DNA from: Narcine bancroftii
Lineage: Eukaryota
Direction: 5' to 3'
Assembly (NCBI RefSeq): GCF_036971445.1
Contig: NC_091473.1
Coordinates: 206,646,001 to 206,710,000 of the forward strand
DNA: 64,000 bases
The stretch's first letter is position 1; each line of letters starts with the position of its first letter. Shown here one piece after another: positions 1-12,757 of this stretch. The notes beneath the pieces were generated by a model that was not told the origin of the DNA, made no database searches, and saw only the letters and a list, made by a program, of their open reading frames with translations. The position numbers and the translations under genes are program-made.

Positions 1-1400
1 GACGTTGAAGGACGTCAAATTATTAAAACATTGTTTATAACTGCTATTGTGGCGGAAATGACCCCAGAAGTGAAATCTAAACTTGGGTACGTGATAGGGA
101 TCGAATCAATGCATCATCAACAATTTGGGAATAATGTTGTCCATGCAGTTGAAATGTTTCGAACATATAGAAGGAAACAACCCGAGCAGCAAGAGGAGGT
201 GCAAAGAAAGTTGGAGAAAATGCAGCTTGAGGAAATTAAAATGAGAGATAAGGAAAATGAACAAGAAAATGCTGCCAATAACAAACCATCTGATTGCAAC
301 TGAACTCTATCAGGCACCGGACTGTGGGGGGCGGCTCGCTGTGCTGCCAGTTCGGGGCCAGAGAATCCCATGTCAGTAATGAGTATCGATGGGGGTACGT
401 GTCAACAAACGCCAAACTAAGGGCAGGGTAAATTCAAACATCAGTCCCGACAGGACTGGAGCTCCTAAGGTGGAGGGCAGAGAGGCTATTGGCAAAGAAG
501 AATTGGAAATAGACGGGTAGAAAGAGAGATCGAAAGGCTGTGTTGGGAATGTAATCAGTCAGGACACTTTAGAAGGGATTGCGAGAACAGACCTTGGAGC
601 AACTGATCTGTCATTCTCTCGTGAACATCACAACACCGGTGAACCCTTACAGAAGTTACTAAAGGTGCACAGAGAACCCTGGTGGGAAGGGACATCACCC
701 AATGGTAACAAGAGTGGCGGAAAAAAGAACCTATTACACAGACTACATTAGAAGGAAACTTAACACCTATGATGATAGATACATGAGCATACATACCATA
801 ATGTATGGTATATACATACATACCACAATATGCCTCTCACCTTCCCAAGTCAAGAAAATGTGTTAAAACTGTAGTGTCCTAGGGAAAAGTACAGTTGACA
901 CAATTTGGAACAACCAGTGGGACACACCGCCTAATTTTGAGTTACACTGTACCGTAATTTCGATGAAAATTAGAATAAGGCACTTGAGGACAACTGGCAG
1001 ACGGGAGCGTCAGTACTGCACTATCTAAAAGGAGAAGCTATAATAGTTGGAAAACGGAGCACCCTTGAAAATCAGCTGGGATTCTTTTCTAGAGAGATGG
1101 TACGGGGCACCAGGCAGCACCCCATGTGTCGCTACTTGTAAATAAATGATACCAGTCCAAGGATTTGGGTCCCTTGATAAACTAAGCGGGTGCTGTTACT
1201 GAATGGACACAAATTACACCAAAAGTATGGACATCTCTGACTAATGACTATATAAAAATAGAAATGAATATAAACATGATATGGATATCACAAATTGTTG
1301 AAATAACCCCCCAACTAAACATGTCAATAATCGGGACATCCAAGAAGCCATATACTTTTGGCAAACAGAAGGAAGGAAAAATTAACCGATCCATTTGGTT
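1..1400 (+). mobile_element. Decayed endogenous retrovirus gag-pro remnant (runs off the window start)
   Basis: 541-582 translates CWECNQSGHFRRDC (CX2CX4HX4C nucleocapsid knuckle). The same frame continues through stops to EPITQTTLEGNLTPMMIDT*A (778-789; aspartic protease DTGA with GGA>TGA). ORF 31-303 resembles a capsid C-terminus. 3' boundary uncertain. Confidence 0.7.
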
Positions 1401-1959
1401 AACCTTTGTTTTCTCTATTTCGGGAGAAAGATAAGTAATCTCAATGAATAATTCAAAGACTTTATTAAAGTTTACAGACTAGGCAGGGAGGATACTTGAC
1501 TGTCCCGAACACTGGTCCTCACAGGCTTCATTCTGTTGAATCCTCTGAGCATTGCACTGTATGCATCCTGTTGCTGTTATGGCTACTTTCTTTCTGCGTA
1601 AATCCAATGGCGTTGCAAAAAGAGTACCCTTCAAATCCTAAAAGATACATGGACATAGATGAGCAAGTCGTCAATTACACCAGGCCCATTTGATTTTTAG
1701 GCTGATATTTCATTACATAAATATTAAACATGAACGTTTCATATCATCTGTGATACGGTCTGATACATATCAGATCGAAACCATCATGGGAAGAGGCTAG
1801 GAAAAATCTTTCTCTACTTCATAGAGCAGAGAGTATTTCCAGGCATATCATCATGACGACCTAATATCCACTTTTGCTATTTATTACAGATGGTACACTG
1901 CAACATGAGTACCCTGGTGATTGTTGATGATTGGGTTCGAGACGCTTTGTTAAATGACT

Positions 1960-3370
1960 GAAATTCTGGTTCAGCAAGATATAGTGATGAATTCAGAAAA
2001 ATAAGCACAAATAGAGTAATCTCTATCTTCTCCATAATCCTTCATTAAATATAACAATGTTTACTATTTTAGATGTAACTCTTGTTCTCAATAATTTATC
2101 CAATAGAGGATATAAACAAAAATTATTATTCATCCAATTAAAATATTTTCGTTAACGTCTGCTAAAGTCAAAAAAGTGTCGTATAATTTTTTCATTATCT
2201 ATATTTTCTGCATGTATAGTTAACAGAGTGTATTCCTCTGAAAATATTTGACAATTCACCACGTATCTACCAACCGGATTTGTGATCACATTTTTACTTT
2301 TAACCTTCAGATTTTTCTTAAATAAAATTACCACCCCTCTAGATTTAGAATTAAATGAGGAGAAATATACCTGATTTGCCGAATATGTTTTTAATTTGAA
2401 AAATTATTTGTCAGTTAAATTAGTCTTTTCTAAAAGTACGATATCTACTCCAAATTTCTTAATAAAAGACGATTTTTTAAAATCTCTTTACTAACAATAA
2501 TACTAATAGTTTTATTCATTTTCCTTATTTCTAAATTTTACAAGTTCCTTTCGATCACACCAATCCAGGAAATATTCACACAAATAGATTTGGTCCTCAA
2601 TATCATCGTCTACAATCCAAAAACACCAATATTATTCTGAATAAGTACATCATAATTAAATACTAAAAGAATGGATAAAAAAGGAAAATAAAATGAAAAT
2701 CACTCCCCAATTTCTAGAAAGATTAGCACTACCACCCTCCATTTTACTGGTAATGGACAAAACACGAAAACACATATAACCATCAGAGAGCCCTCTGTTA
2801 CTTGAATTTTAGGTGGGTTCTCGGCATACACTTCAGCTTGTAAATACTTTGTAAATTAATACATTCCGTTGATCTGGTACAAATATTTAAAGAGAAGCTG
2901 GATAACTTAAAACAAATCTATAACCTTTTTAATATATAACCCTCTTAACTGCATGTTTTCTTCAATACATTTTGGCTCTAATCTGGATTAAAAAATACTT
3001 ATCCCCTTCGTAACTCAAAGGTCCTTATTCTCTAGCTCTTCTTTGTAATAGACAAATAAGCCTCTCTCTATCCTGGTAATTGAAAAATCTAATGAGGTTA
3101 GTCGAGGTCTCTGAGCTGGACCCGGTTTCGGTCTGAAAGATCAAATTTAAATTTTATCTTCTAAATATTCTTCTCCAAATAACTCCGTCAATTCTTGGGA
3201 AAAAAAAGAATCATATCCCATCATTCAGACAGTCCCACAATTTGCACATTATTTCTTCTACTATAATCTTCCAGTATATCAAATTACTCCAACAGTTTTT
3301 AATTCATATAGATCATTTTAGTAACCTTATCTTTATTCACATTAGGACTCTCCACAATATTTTGCACTTC
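1960..3370 (-). mobile_element. Old L1 LINE copy A, downstream piece (ORF1 C-terminus + ORF2 endonuclease start)
   Basis: The minus strand reads DILEDYSRRNNVQIVGL (ORF1, ~3230-3281). ORF 2152-2334 VILFKKNL...NPVGRYVVNCQIFSE is homologous to the EN domain of the intact L1 ORF2. Confidence 0.8.
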
Positions 3371-6300
3371 TTTTTTTGAAACTTTTATTTAAGAATTTTA
3401 CAAAATCCAAAAAAAAGAAAATACATGCTACATATGCAGATATATAAAAAAAGGAAAAGTACAAAAAGTACCGATAATGATAATAACCCCATCCCTTCCT
3501 CAACTAACTACATCATCTCGACTCCCGTCCTCATCCATCCGAGCCATAAAACTTATAAATTTAAAATTAATTTATAAACATGCCAACTCTCTACGTAACT
3601 CTTACTTATGATCAATAATCATGAAATCCAAATATAAACTCCACATTCTAATAAAAAAGAATAATTATTTTGCAAATTGTAAGTTATTTTTTCCAAATAT
3701 AAACACTATTGCAATTCATTATGCCATATTTGTATATTCAATTCCACATCATTTTTCAAAGTTATTGCTATACATTTTCTTGAAACCGCTAACCCTAACT
3801 GCAGAAATGCCAATTGTGGTTTATCAACCAATCCCAAAGTAACAGCATTTATACATCATTGAATCTATTTGCAAATCGAGTGTAAATAAATCTCTCAAAA
3901 ATTTAACTTTTTCCCAAAAAAGTTTAAATTACTTACATATCCATAAATAATGCACAAAAGCACCTGTCTTTTCTCCGCATCTAAAACATAAATCTGATGG
4001 TCTTAATCCATATTTCTTCAACTTCTCAGGAGTCAAATTTAATTGATGAATAAAATTATAATGAACCATATCTCACGTTAATTAATTTTGTAGCACTGTC
4101 CATACAGATATTTGACCATTCCTCCAAAGACAATTCAATATCAATTTTTTCCCACTTCTACTTTATTTTATCTATCCCAGCTTTATCCATCTTTTCTTGC
4201 AACAATATATCGAAATCTGATATAAATCCTTTCGTGTACATACCAACCATTATAATCTCCAACTTAGAATGACTTGGTAAAATTAATTCCTCACCAAATT
4301 GTATTCACACACAATCTCAAAATTGATAATCAGCTAAAATAGAATTTGCAGAAATATAAAAGTTCTCTTCTAATCTATTAAATGTAGAAAATTTACCCGC
4401 CTCAAAGAAATCCTGTAGAATGCTAATTCCTTTCAATTTACAATTTTTCAAATAAGGATTATTTAATGAAAGCTGAATTAATTTATTCTGATTCAATGGC
4501 TACTTAATCAAAATTTTCCCTTTAGAACCTATAAGCTGATCCTGCTTATAACAAATATACAATATATTACTTAATACTGGTAAATTACTTTTTTGTAATA
4601 ACAAAGGATTCTATTTGTAAATAAATTGTCTCATTTCTTTTTCAAGAATTTGATCCAACTCAACTTTAGCCAAGACCGGTGATTGTTGAACATCAAACAA
4701 CAGATTGATAAATTTAAAATGAGCAGCTTCATAATAATTTTGAAATTTTGATAATTTAAGTCCTCCTCATTCATACCACCATGTTAATTTATGCATAGAG
4801 ACCCTAGATAATTTACCCTTCCTTAAAAATAATCGAATTACTTTATTTAATTCTTTTTAAAATTCTTCCGAATCCCACATGGAATAGATTGAAAAATATA
4901 TTGTATACAAGGATAAATATTCATTATTATACAACATACTCTCCCAATTAAAGTTAATGGCAAATCTTTCCATTTCTGTAAATCAATTATAATCTTATTC
5001 AAAAAAGGCATATAATTCCAAATAAATAAGTCATGATAATATTTATTAACTATAAATCCTAAATATTTAATCTTATCAGACCATTTAAATTTGGTAATCT
5101 GTCTACAATCTAAATAATCCTCATTTAATATCAGCAACATTTCACTCTTCTCCCAGTTAATCTTATAACGTAGCAATATGTTATATTGATGCAATAAATT
5201 TTGAAGCATTCTCAAATAAAAATTTCCACTCAACCCGATTAAAAGTCTTTTCCGCATCTAACGCTATGAAAACTGAGGACCTCCATCAGCCAGCTCCCCA
5301 CCATGACTACCCACATCTCCATCGGGCACACAGAACTCAAAACGGTCAACCAGTTTACCTACTTTGGCTGCACCATTTAATCTGATGCAAGGATCGACAG
5401 CGAGATAGAGAACAGACTCGCCAAGGCAAATAGCGCCTTTGGAAGATTACACAAACGAGTCTGGAAAAACAACCACCTGAAGAAACATACAAAGATCAGT
5501 GTATACAGAGCCGTTTTCATACCCACGCTTCTGTTCGGCTCCAAATCATGGTTCCTCTACTGGCATCAACTACGGCTCCTAGAACACTTCCATCAGCACT
5601 CTCTCTGCTCCAACCTCAACATTCATTGGAGTGACCTCATCACCAACATCGAAGTACTCAAGCTGGCAGAGTCTGTAAGCATCGAATCCATGCTGCTGAA
5701 GACCCAACTGCGCTGGGTGGGTCACATCTCCAGAATGGAGGACCATAGCCTTCCCAAGATCGTGTTATATGGCGAGCTCTCCACTGGCCACCGAGATAGA
5801 GGTGCACCAAAGAAGAGGTACAAGGATTGTTCAAAGAAATCTCTTGGTGCCTGCCACATTGACCACCGTCAGTGGGCTGATATCGCCTCCAAACATGCAT
5901 CTTGGTGCCTCACAGTTCGGCAGGCAGCAACCTCCTTTGAAGAAGACTGCAGAGCTCACCTCACTCACAAAAAACAAAGGAGGAAAAACCCAACACCCAA
6001 CCACAACCAACCAACTTTCCCTTGCAACCGCTGCAACCGTGCCTGCCTGTCCCGCATCAGACTTGTCAGTCAGCGACGAGCCTGCAGCCAATGTGGACAT
6101 ACCCCTCCATAAATCTTCATCCACGAAGCCAAGCCAAAGAAAGAAAGAAGCAGTATTAAATATGGAAATCAATTTAGTGACATTATCAACTGAGTATCGA
6201 CCCTTTATAAATCCAGCTTGATCAACATGTACCAATTATGGCAAATAATTAGACAGTCTGTTAACTAATACTTACGCAACAATTTTATAATCTACATTTA

Positions 6301-6830
6301 ATCACGAAATTGGTTGATAAGAAGACACGTTTAATGGATCTCTATCTTTCTTTGGAATAACAGTAATCAACAACCTCGAAATCGATTCTGACAAAGGGCC
6401 CACATAGGTTGCCTACTTCAAAATTCCCATTTAAACTGGAGACAACAAATCATTAAATTCTTTATAAAATTCTACTGTAAACCCATCTTCACCTGGGGAC
6501 TTTCCTCCTGACATTAATTGCAATGCTTCCTTTAATGCCAAATCCATAAAAGGACAATCTAAATCGTTAATATAATACCTAGTCAATGATGGCAAATTTA
6601 AATTAGTCAAAACAAATCAATTTGCTCAATATTCTGTCTACTTACAGATGTAAACATTTCGTTATAAAATCTAAACAATTCCTCATTAATTCCCTGAGTT
6701 TATACATAATCTCCGAATGTTTCCTTACAGCATTAATTGTTCTTGATGCTTGTTCACTTTTTAATTGCCAAGCTAAGACTTTATGTTCTCTTTCTCAAAC
6801 TTATAACTCTCATTTTGTTCATTTTAGATT
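3371..6830 (-). mobile_element. L1 LINE copy B, 3' half (ORF2 RT/C-terminus, 3' UTR, polyA), decayed, interrupted by RTE
   Basis: T-run and TTTATT (polyA tail/signal on minus) at 3371-3390. ORF 4847-5257 has YKINWEKSE...LPLTLIGR. HVDQAGFIKGR at ~6200-6232 and HKVLAWQLK at ~6760-6790. The RT core between EWKF and YKIN is deleted. Confidence 0.85.
5268..6149 (+). mobile_element. 5'-truncated RTE (BovB-like) LINE
   Basis: ORF 5690-6112 LRWVGHISRMEDHSLPKIVLYGEL...FPCNRCNRACLSRI; (AAAG)n tail; same family as the copies at 15.7k, 20.5k and 27.7k. Confidence 0.93.
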
Positions 6831-7501
6831 GGTCACAGTGTTTGAGCTACCGGAAGAAAATAGACACACACACCGAGAGCAGTTCAGATTATACAAATGT
6901 TTATTACAAATTCAAAAGCTGATTTCACACTACAATATGCATGCCTTTCCCAACTATACTTACCAACGCTTGGACTGGTCCCAATTTCCGAAGTGAGGCA
7001 ACAACTGCACACTTGTAGTAGGTTGTAAGGGCGCCGGTAGCAGCTTCTCCACCTCCCCCGACTGGGACGTTGGCTGGACTCGAGAAGTTCTTCTTCTTGC
7101 TGAGAGATATCGGAGAGTCTCAAACTTCAGCAGCGGGACCATGGTTTATATTACCCAAAAACTGCTTACCCAAGCACTTATTCCCAGCACAGCAGGAAAG
7201 ATAAGCGAGCAATCTTGCATACAAATTTTATATCGAATAACATAATTTTCAGCTTATCACTTTGAATACAATGGTTTATTTTACATCACGGCTAGGCCTA
7301 TGTCAGTCTGTGATCAAAACAAGCAGGAAGATTAAATGTTCTTGGTACACAGATGTCCTTTCTTCAGATAACTGAATCTCTGGCCCCTCGGTGGAATTTA
7401 GCTTATGTCTGCTGATTCTCAAAAACAAACAGGTCCTTAGCCTTCCAGAAGCAAAGGCTGCAAAAAATTTTTAAAAAGCACGATTTAAATCTACCATTAC
7501 A
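6831..7501 (-). repeat. ERV 3' LTR (~670 bp)
   Basis: Starts with TG after the PPT on minus; AATAAA at ~6900-6905; ends ..TGACC where L1 sequence resumes. Confidence 0.7.
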
Positions 7502-7524
7502 TTCCACACCTTGGTCACAGGCTG

Positions 7525-7953
7525 TCAGATACGAGACTTAATAATCATAAGAGTAGAAAAAGAGCGTAAAAGAGAAATCAAAACAACAATAATCACTAAA
7601 GCAAGCAATAATGCGAGCAACCAACGGAGAATAGTGTGGCCCAACCCCCTAAATGTACCAGCTAACCATGAAAAAGTATTCCAACCAAGGCTCAAACTAT
7701 CCTTGTGGGTCAAAATACCCCGACGCTGGAGCTCACGAACAGATTTTGAAACATGCTGAACAATAACATATTTATATAAGATGAACTTGAGGCGGGTGAC
7801 CGAGGACTTCCTTGATGTAATGCATCAGACCGTGTCCCCACGGGCAACTCTCTCGGAATGTCCTCAACATTACAAATCCAATTGTTGGCAGCTGTTAAGC
7901 CAGATCACCAGGAGCATAAGGCAGAGAACTTGGAACAAAGAAGCCTGACACAT
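7525..7953 (-). pseudogene. Internally deleted/frameshifted env remnant
   Basis: An ATG at 7953 immediately after the IN stop gives MCQASLFQVLCLMLLVIW (signal-peptide-like). The region ends with Trp-rich GWNTFSWLAG and TM LLALLLALVIIVVLISLL. Confidence 0.55.
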
Positions 7954-8259
7954 GTCACTCACGATACCATAAGCGTTCAGTGTTTAAACAGACTAAATCA
8001 TCCTGTCCCTCAATAGCTACCCACTGATGTGGGTAGGTGTCATTATTTCTCATTTTACAGGAGGGCTCCTACCTGGTGGTGCCACCCATACTTTTTTTCT
8101 GGCATTCTCTAGTTCAGGAGTGGGGGTAAATGATTGTTTTTCCTCTGGAATAAACTGTAGTTCAGAAGCGTGAATAAGTCGGTGGAAAGGTGTACCCCCT
8201 TTTAAAGGGCGATTATTCAAATTGTCGACTGCCTGCTGCAGTACATGGCACCACCCCTT

Positions 8260-11200
8260 CAAGCTAAAACTTTATGTGCTCTTTAATCTAACTCATAATA
8301 ATGTTGGTTCGATCTTTGAATTCTTTTTCATATTTATATGATTGCAATATATTATATCGTAATTTTAATTTAGATAAATGGATCCTATTATCTTCTGTAC
8401 AATTCTTCTGAAATTCTTTTCCTAACTTTTCAATTTATTTTGACAAACTTTGACTTTCAATCAAGTATTGTCTTTTTAACTCTAACTGTATAACTAATGA
8501 TCTGACCTCTAAAATATGCTATTAAAGCATCCCATAAAACTCATTTACTTTGTACTGAATTCTGATTCGTTTGTAAATAAAAAATAATTTGTTCCCTAAT
8601 ATATTTAATAAACTGAGGTCTTTTTAATAACATCTCACTAAATCTCCAACGGTAAGTATGTGCGACCTTCTGAGTACTTAAACAAGAGTCCAACAACAAC
8701 GAATGGTCAGAAAAAGCTCTTCTTTTATACTCTGCTTGTACAAATCTACTTGAAATTTAGCTGAAACTAGAAATAAATCAATTCAAGAAAAATAATTATG
8801 CTGTGCCGAATCAAAACAGTAATCTTTTTCAGTTGTGTTCAATTTTCTTCATATGTCTACCAAATGCAAATCCTTCATTACCTCGATAATTATCTTTGCC
8901 TTTTTAGTTCTCTTCATGGTCGTTGGAGATTTATCCAACAAAGGATCTCGACAACAATTAAAGTCCCCTCACAATAAAATACTTCCAGTCGATAGGCTCA
9001 AATTTATCTGTATAAATGCTTTATCATACGCAATTGTTGCATAAACATTCATGCAAGTCCCGGCTTCTGAATTTTTTTACAATTCACCACCTAATCCATA
9101 CCAACATTAACAAAAAAAATCCAAAATTAATGGTACTTTCTTTTTTTATCAAAATGGCTACTCCTCTGGCCTTAGATGTATCAATCACATGTCCTAACAA
9201 ATCTCTTTTCAATTTCGAGTGTTCCTTCTCAGTTAAATTAGTTATTTGCAAAAATGCTATACCAATCCTCAGTTTTTTTAATATAATCCAGTACATGTTT
9301 CCATGTTATCGGATGATTTAACCCCAAAACATTAAACATTGCAAAAGTCAAATTATTCATCATCACCTATAGTGTGGTACTCAACAAAATTTACTCTTAC
9401 AATTAAACTGCCTCCCCTTCTAAACTAGTAGAATTCCACCCAAAGAGGAAAGAAAACAACCCCCCCCCCCACTTACTAAGTAAACAATCAAATGCAATCA
9501 CGAAAATTCTTCACCTCCATAACAAACCTAAGCAGTATCCCCCTCGTCGTCTGGGTGTGGTCGGTACCACTAGCGACAGTTGACTTCGAATTCTGCGGGT
9601 CATCTGACTTTCCCCAGCGGGACTTCTAAACAAAATAAAGAAAATCGTAAACTGATTGTCCGGTCTGCTTTATAATATCTTCCACCACATCAATCAGCTG
9701 CAACATTTCCATCTTCTGCAATTCACTCTCATTTCCATTCTTGACGTTAGGAATGTTGACTGCTGGATTCTTGGAAAGATCAAAACTCAGCTTGGTATCT
9801 GGTAAAGAATCAGAAAAAAATTAAAGAATCTTGAACTTTCTCAAAAAATTGAAATTGAGATGCCCATAAAACACTTTCAGAACAGCAGGATATCTACATG
9901 TCCACCTGTAACCCTTCTTCCACAACAGCGATTTAGCTTGATTAAACTCCTTGCGTTGCTGTGTAACCACATGTCTGATATCCACGTAAAGGAAAACTCT
10001 ACTACCTTGAACCATTATTGGATTCTGATCAATTCGGGCATTTTGCACTGCAAGACACAAAATTGTCTCCCGATCTTGATATCTTAAACATCTGGTTAGA
10101 TCAGCTCTTGGAGGTTGTGCAGGAAAAGGTTTTCTTCTTAACACTCACTGAGCCCTGTCCAATTCTAATCCATCAGGAAACGCTTCCACCCCAAATATTA
10201 CATTTACGAAAAAAATTCATAGGGTCTTGACCTTCAAAGTCCTCCAGAAGTCCAACTACTTTACATTATTCCTTCGACTTTGATTTTCCAAAGAATCAAT
10301 TTTTTGCATAAACAAATTATTTTGCACATCCCTCCCAGATACTGCTTCTTCCACTTGATCAATTCTATCTTGCACATTCCTGTACTTCATCCACTGCAAT
10401 CAAGCATTTATTAAGATCTACTTTCATCGCTGCAATTTCTGAAATTTTACTTTTCACATCTACAAGTTGTTTGTCAACATTATGAAAACCAGTGGTTATA
10501 TAAATCATCATATTTTCCTTCTGTTTTGTTAACTCATTAATCATTGTTACAAGATCAGGTCCATATGAAAAATTAGAAGTAGGTGAAGTAAGAGATTTAA
10601 AAGGAGAAGCCATTTTTTGTAGTTCTTTTAGTTATGGGCATACATTCCATTGCTCTAGTTGCCCTCAATAATAACTCTTGATCTTCTTAGTTCAAATATT
10701 CAATTTGTTCTTCTTCCTCATCTTCAGGTACCAGAATATCCTTTCTGGTTACCATGCTACGCGTTTGAACCCTATTCAATGTCGGTATGACTTCTTCAGC
10801 TCGACGTGTCTCCCAACAAACCAAAATTGATCCATGACTTCACGGAAACGTGATGTCGGGCGCATGCTCATTTGGCCCATTGCGTAGTAGCAGGTGCACG
10901 TAGGCATGTTGACACTCAGTAAACCATTACTTGCAGTGCTATCTCATCCACTGCCATGCGCTACCATTCCCGACTTACCCCTCCACCCTGCTATGCTGGT
11001 GACCTGCTTCCATGGGCATCCTGGCTGACGTCACCGCTATCCTTGGTCGATCGAATCTGCAGAGACAGTAATCTTCTTTTTTCAAGTTTGTCCAAGGACC
11101 TCTGCAGCTTCGGTTCCAGGTCTTTCTCCTGGTCAGTAGGTCCAGACTTTTCACTTTTTTGAACAACTTTAATAACTAATTTCTTCTACTTCTGACCTTT

Positions 11201-11343
11201 TTTTTTCTTCATTTCCTGAAGTTCCATCACTTAGTAATATGTTTAATTAACTTCTTAAATTTTACACAGTTTTTATAACTCGGGTATTCATCAATCCTTC
11301 CAGGGAGAAACAAACCACATCTCTTGGTCCTACAACATCTTGC
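8260..11343 (-). mobile_element. L1 LINE 5' half (5' UTR, ORF1, spacer, ORF2 endonuclease), decayed
   Basis: ORF 9821-10144 RYQDRETIL...RKEFNQAKSLLWKKGY..RYPAVLKVF (ORF1). ORF 9084-9296 IAFLQITNLTEKEHSKLKR...KARGVAILI (EN). ORF2 start near 9363. Confidence 0.88.
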
Positions 11344-12080
11344 GCACTTCTTAAAGAACATCTTGAATTTTTTTCCAATTTATGAACTCTTTATGAAACA
11401 TTATTTATCACCTTTGTCCAATATATTTTAACATGTATCCATTCTGAAGTTAACAGTTTAAAATTATTCTGCAAAGCTTCAGAATATCCATCTATTTCAT
11501 TTTCAATTTTATTTATTTCTTTCTTAAAAACATTTTTATTCCCTCTAATTCGCCCCTGTTCTGAACTTCACATTTCACCTTCACTGTCATACTTTTCTGA
11601 AGCCTCCTCGACTGCAGATCTATCACCTTCTTGCTCAGAATACGAAACGTTGGACTGCCCCTTTAAGAAACTCCGTGTTTCTTTTTCTCATTTATTTTTC
11701 CTTTTGCAGCATGCATGCTCGACTTCTCGCAAATTCCTGATACGGTTTTAACTTTTCCTCCGGCGCCATCTCTACGGGGTGCCGCAACGAAGGCTCCAGA
11801 GGCAGATCCCTCTTCAGGGTCTTCGCTGGTGTATCCAGAGGAGATTTCAGCGGCCTGCATCATTGAGGTAGGCCCGATTTCTCTCTTCTTTTCTTTCCAA
11901 TATTTTTGAAGGAGTTGCTTTTAGATTCTTTTTTCAACTTTGGCGAAATTTCTTCTTCTTCTGTTAATCATTTTAAACTATCTAAGGTAGTTTTATTCAG
12001 TTAACTTTTCTTAATATGATCTTGTTTTAATTGATCCCGCTGGAGCCGATAGGTGCGTGATGCTTCTCATAGCATCCCCC
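11344..12080 (-). mobile_element. Old L1 copy A, 5' piece (5' UTR + ORF1 N-terminus)
   Basis: Joins the 1960-3370 piece across the duplicated GCACTTCTT (3364-3372 / 11344-11352). G-rich 5' start near 12080. Confidence 0.7.
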
Positions 12081-12605
12081 CAAAAAAACATTTGACTTTA
12101 TGAAATAGAACGATGTCAGTAATATTGCTTTCAGGAATGCCAAAAAGAAGTTGAAATATTTATCCTGGTTATCTTAAGGGCGATTGAAGAAGAATAGATA
12201 ATGGCAACCAATGAATTTGAAGAATAAAAGATGTCAGACAACATTAAAAAAGGGCAAAAACAAGCATTCAGTCAACACATATAATGGTCATCGAATAGGT
12301 ACAGCCGTGCAGGTTTAGAGGGTACATTAATGCAAGACTTCAAAGTAGGCAACTGTGTTCGGTTTCAAACTAAAATTATTGGATTCGCTCTAACTCATTA
12401 CACAAATTGAAAATCCTGGTAATTTGGATAGTCTCCAAATAAAATCTAACATGAAAAGAACCCTTGTCGACGGACATTCGAATTTAATTTCAAATTCTCT
12501 AGACCAATTATCTTGTATTTCAATTTTAGGATTCACTGCAAATATCTAGGTAAAATGTTTGAGGTCAGTCTGAGGAAATAGTCAGGTGGTTATTAAGAGA
12601 AATTA

Positions 12606-12757
12606 GATTTTGTGCAAATTCGCCTGGCTGTCAACACCAAGAGTGTAGAAATATCAAACTGTTTAATCGCCGGCATACAACTGATCGACTCCTCATTTAG
12701 TATTTAACCCAAAGCCGCATTTGTGGTGTTAATCAATTGAACCCTCAGAATAAAATT
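12606..12757 (+). pseudogene. Highly decayed TCR alpha/delta-like V segment relic (FR3) with degenerate 23-RSS
   Basis: Translates DFVQIRLAVNTKSVEISNCLIAGIQLIDSS, aligning to ADFAQVRFSVELQTTRKLISLTISALQPRD of the V at 18.9 kb. It is followed by CATTTGTG (12718-25), exactly 23 nt, then AATAAAATT (12749-57). Confidence 0.5.

Larger units (their letters stand above)
6831..8259 (-). mobile_element. Endogenous retrovirus 3' fragment: integrase C-terminus, short env remnant, PPT, 3' LTR
   Basis: ORF 8050-8262 GWCHVLQQAVDNLNNRPL..TPF (retroviral IN). Hydrophobic ORF 7525-7713 (TM anchor). Purine-rich tract AAGGTGTGGAA 7512-7502 directly precedes TGTAAT at 7501. Confidence 0.8.

Noticed and set aside
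6834-6872. CACAGTG + 23 nt + ACACACACA resembling an RSS
   Set aside because: It lies at the end of an ERV LTR, the nonamer lacks the A-tract, and there is no V exon upstream.
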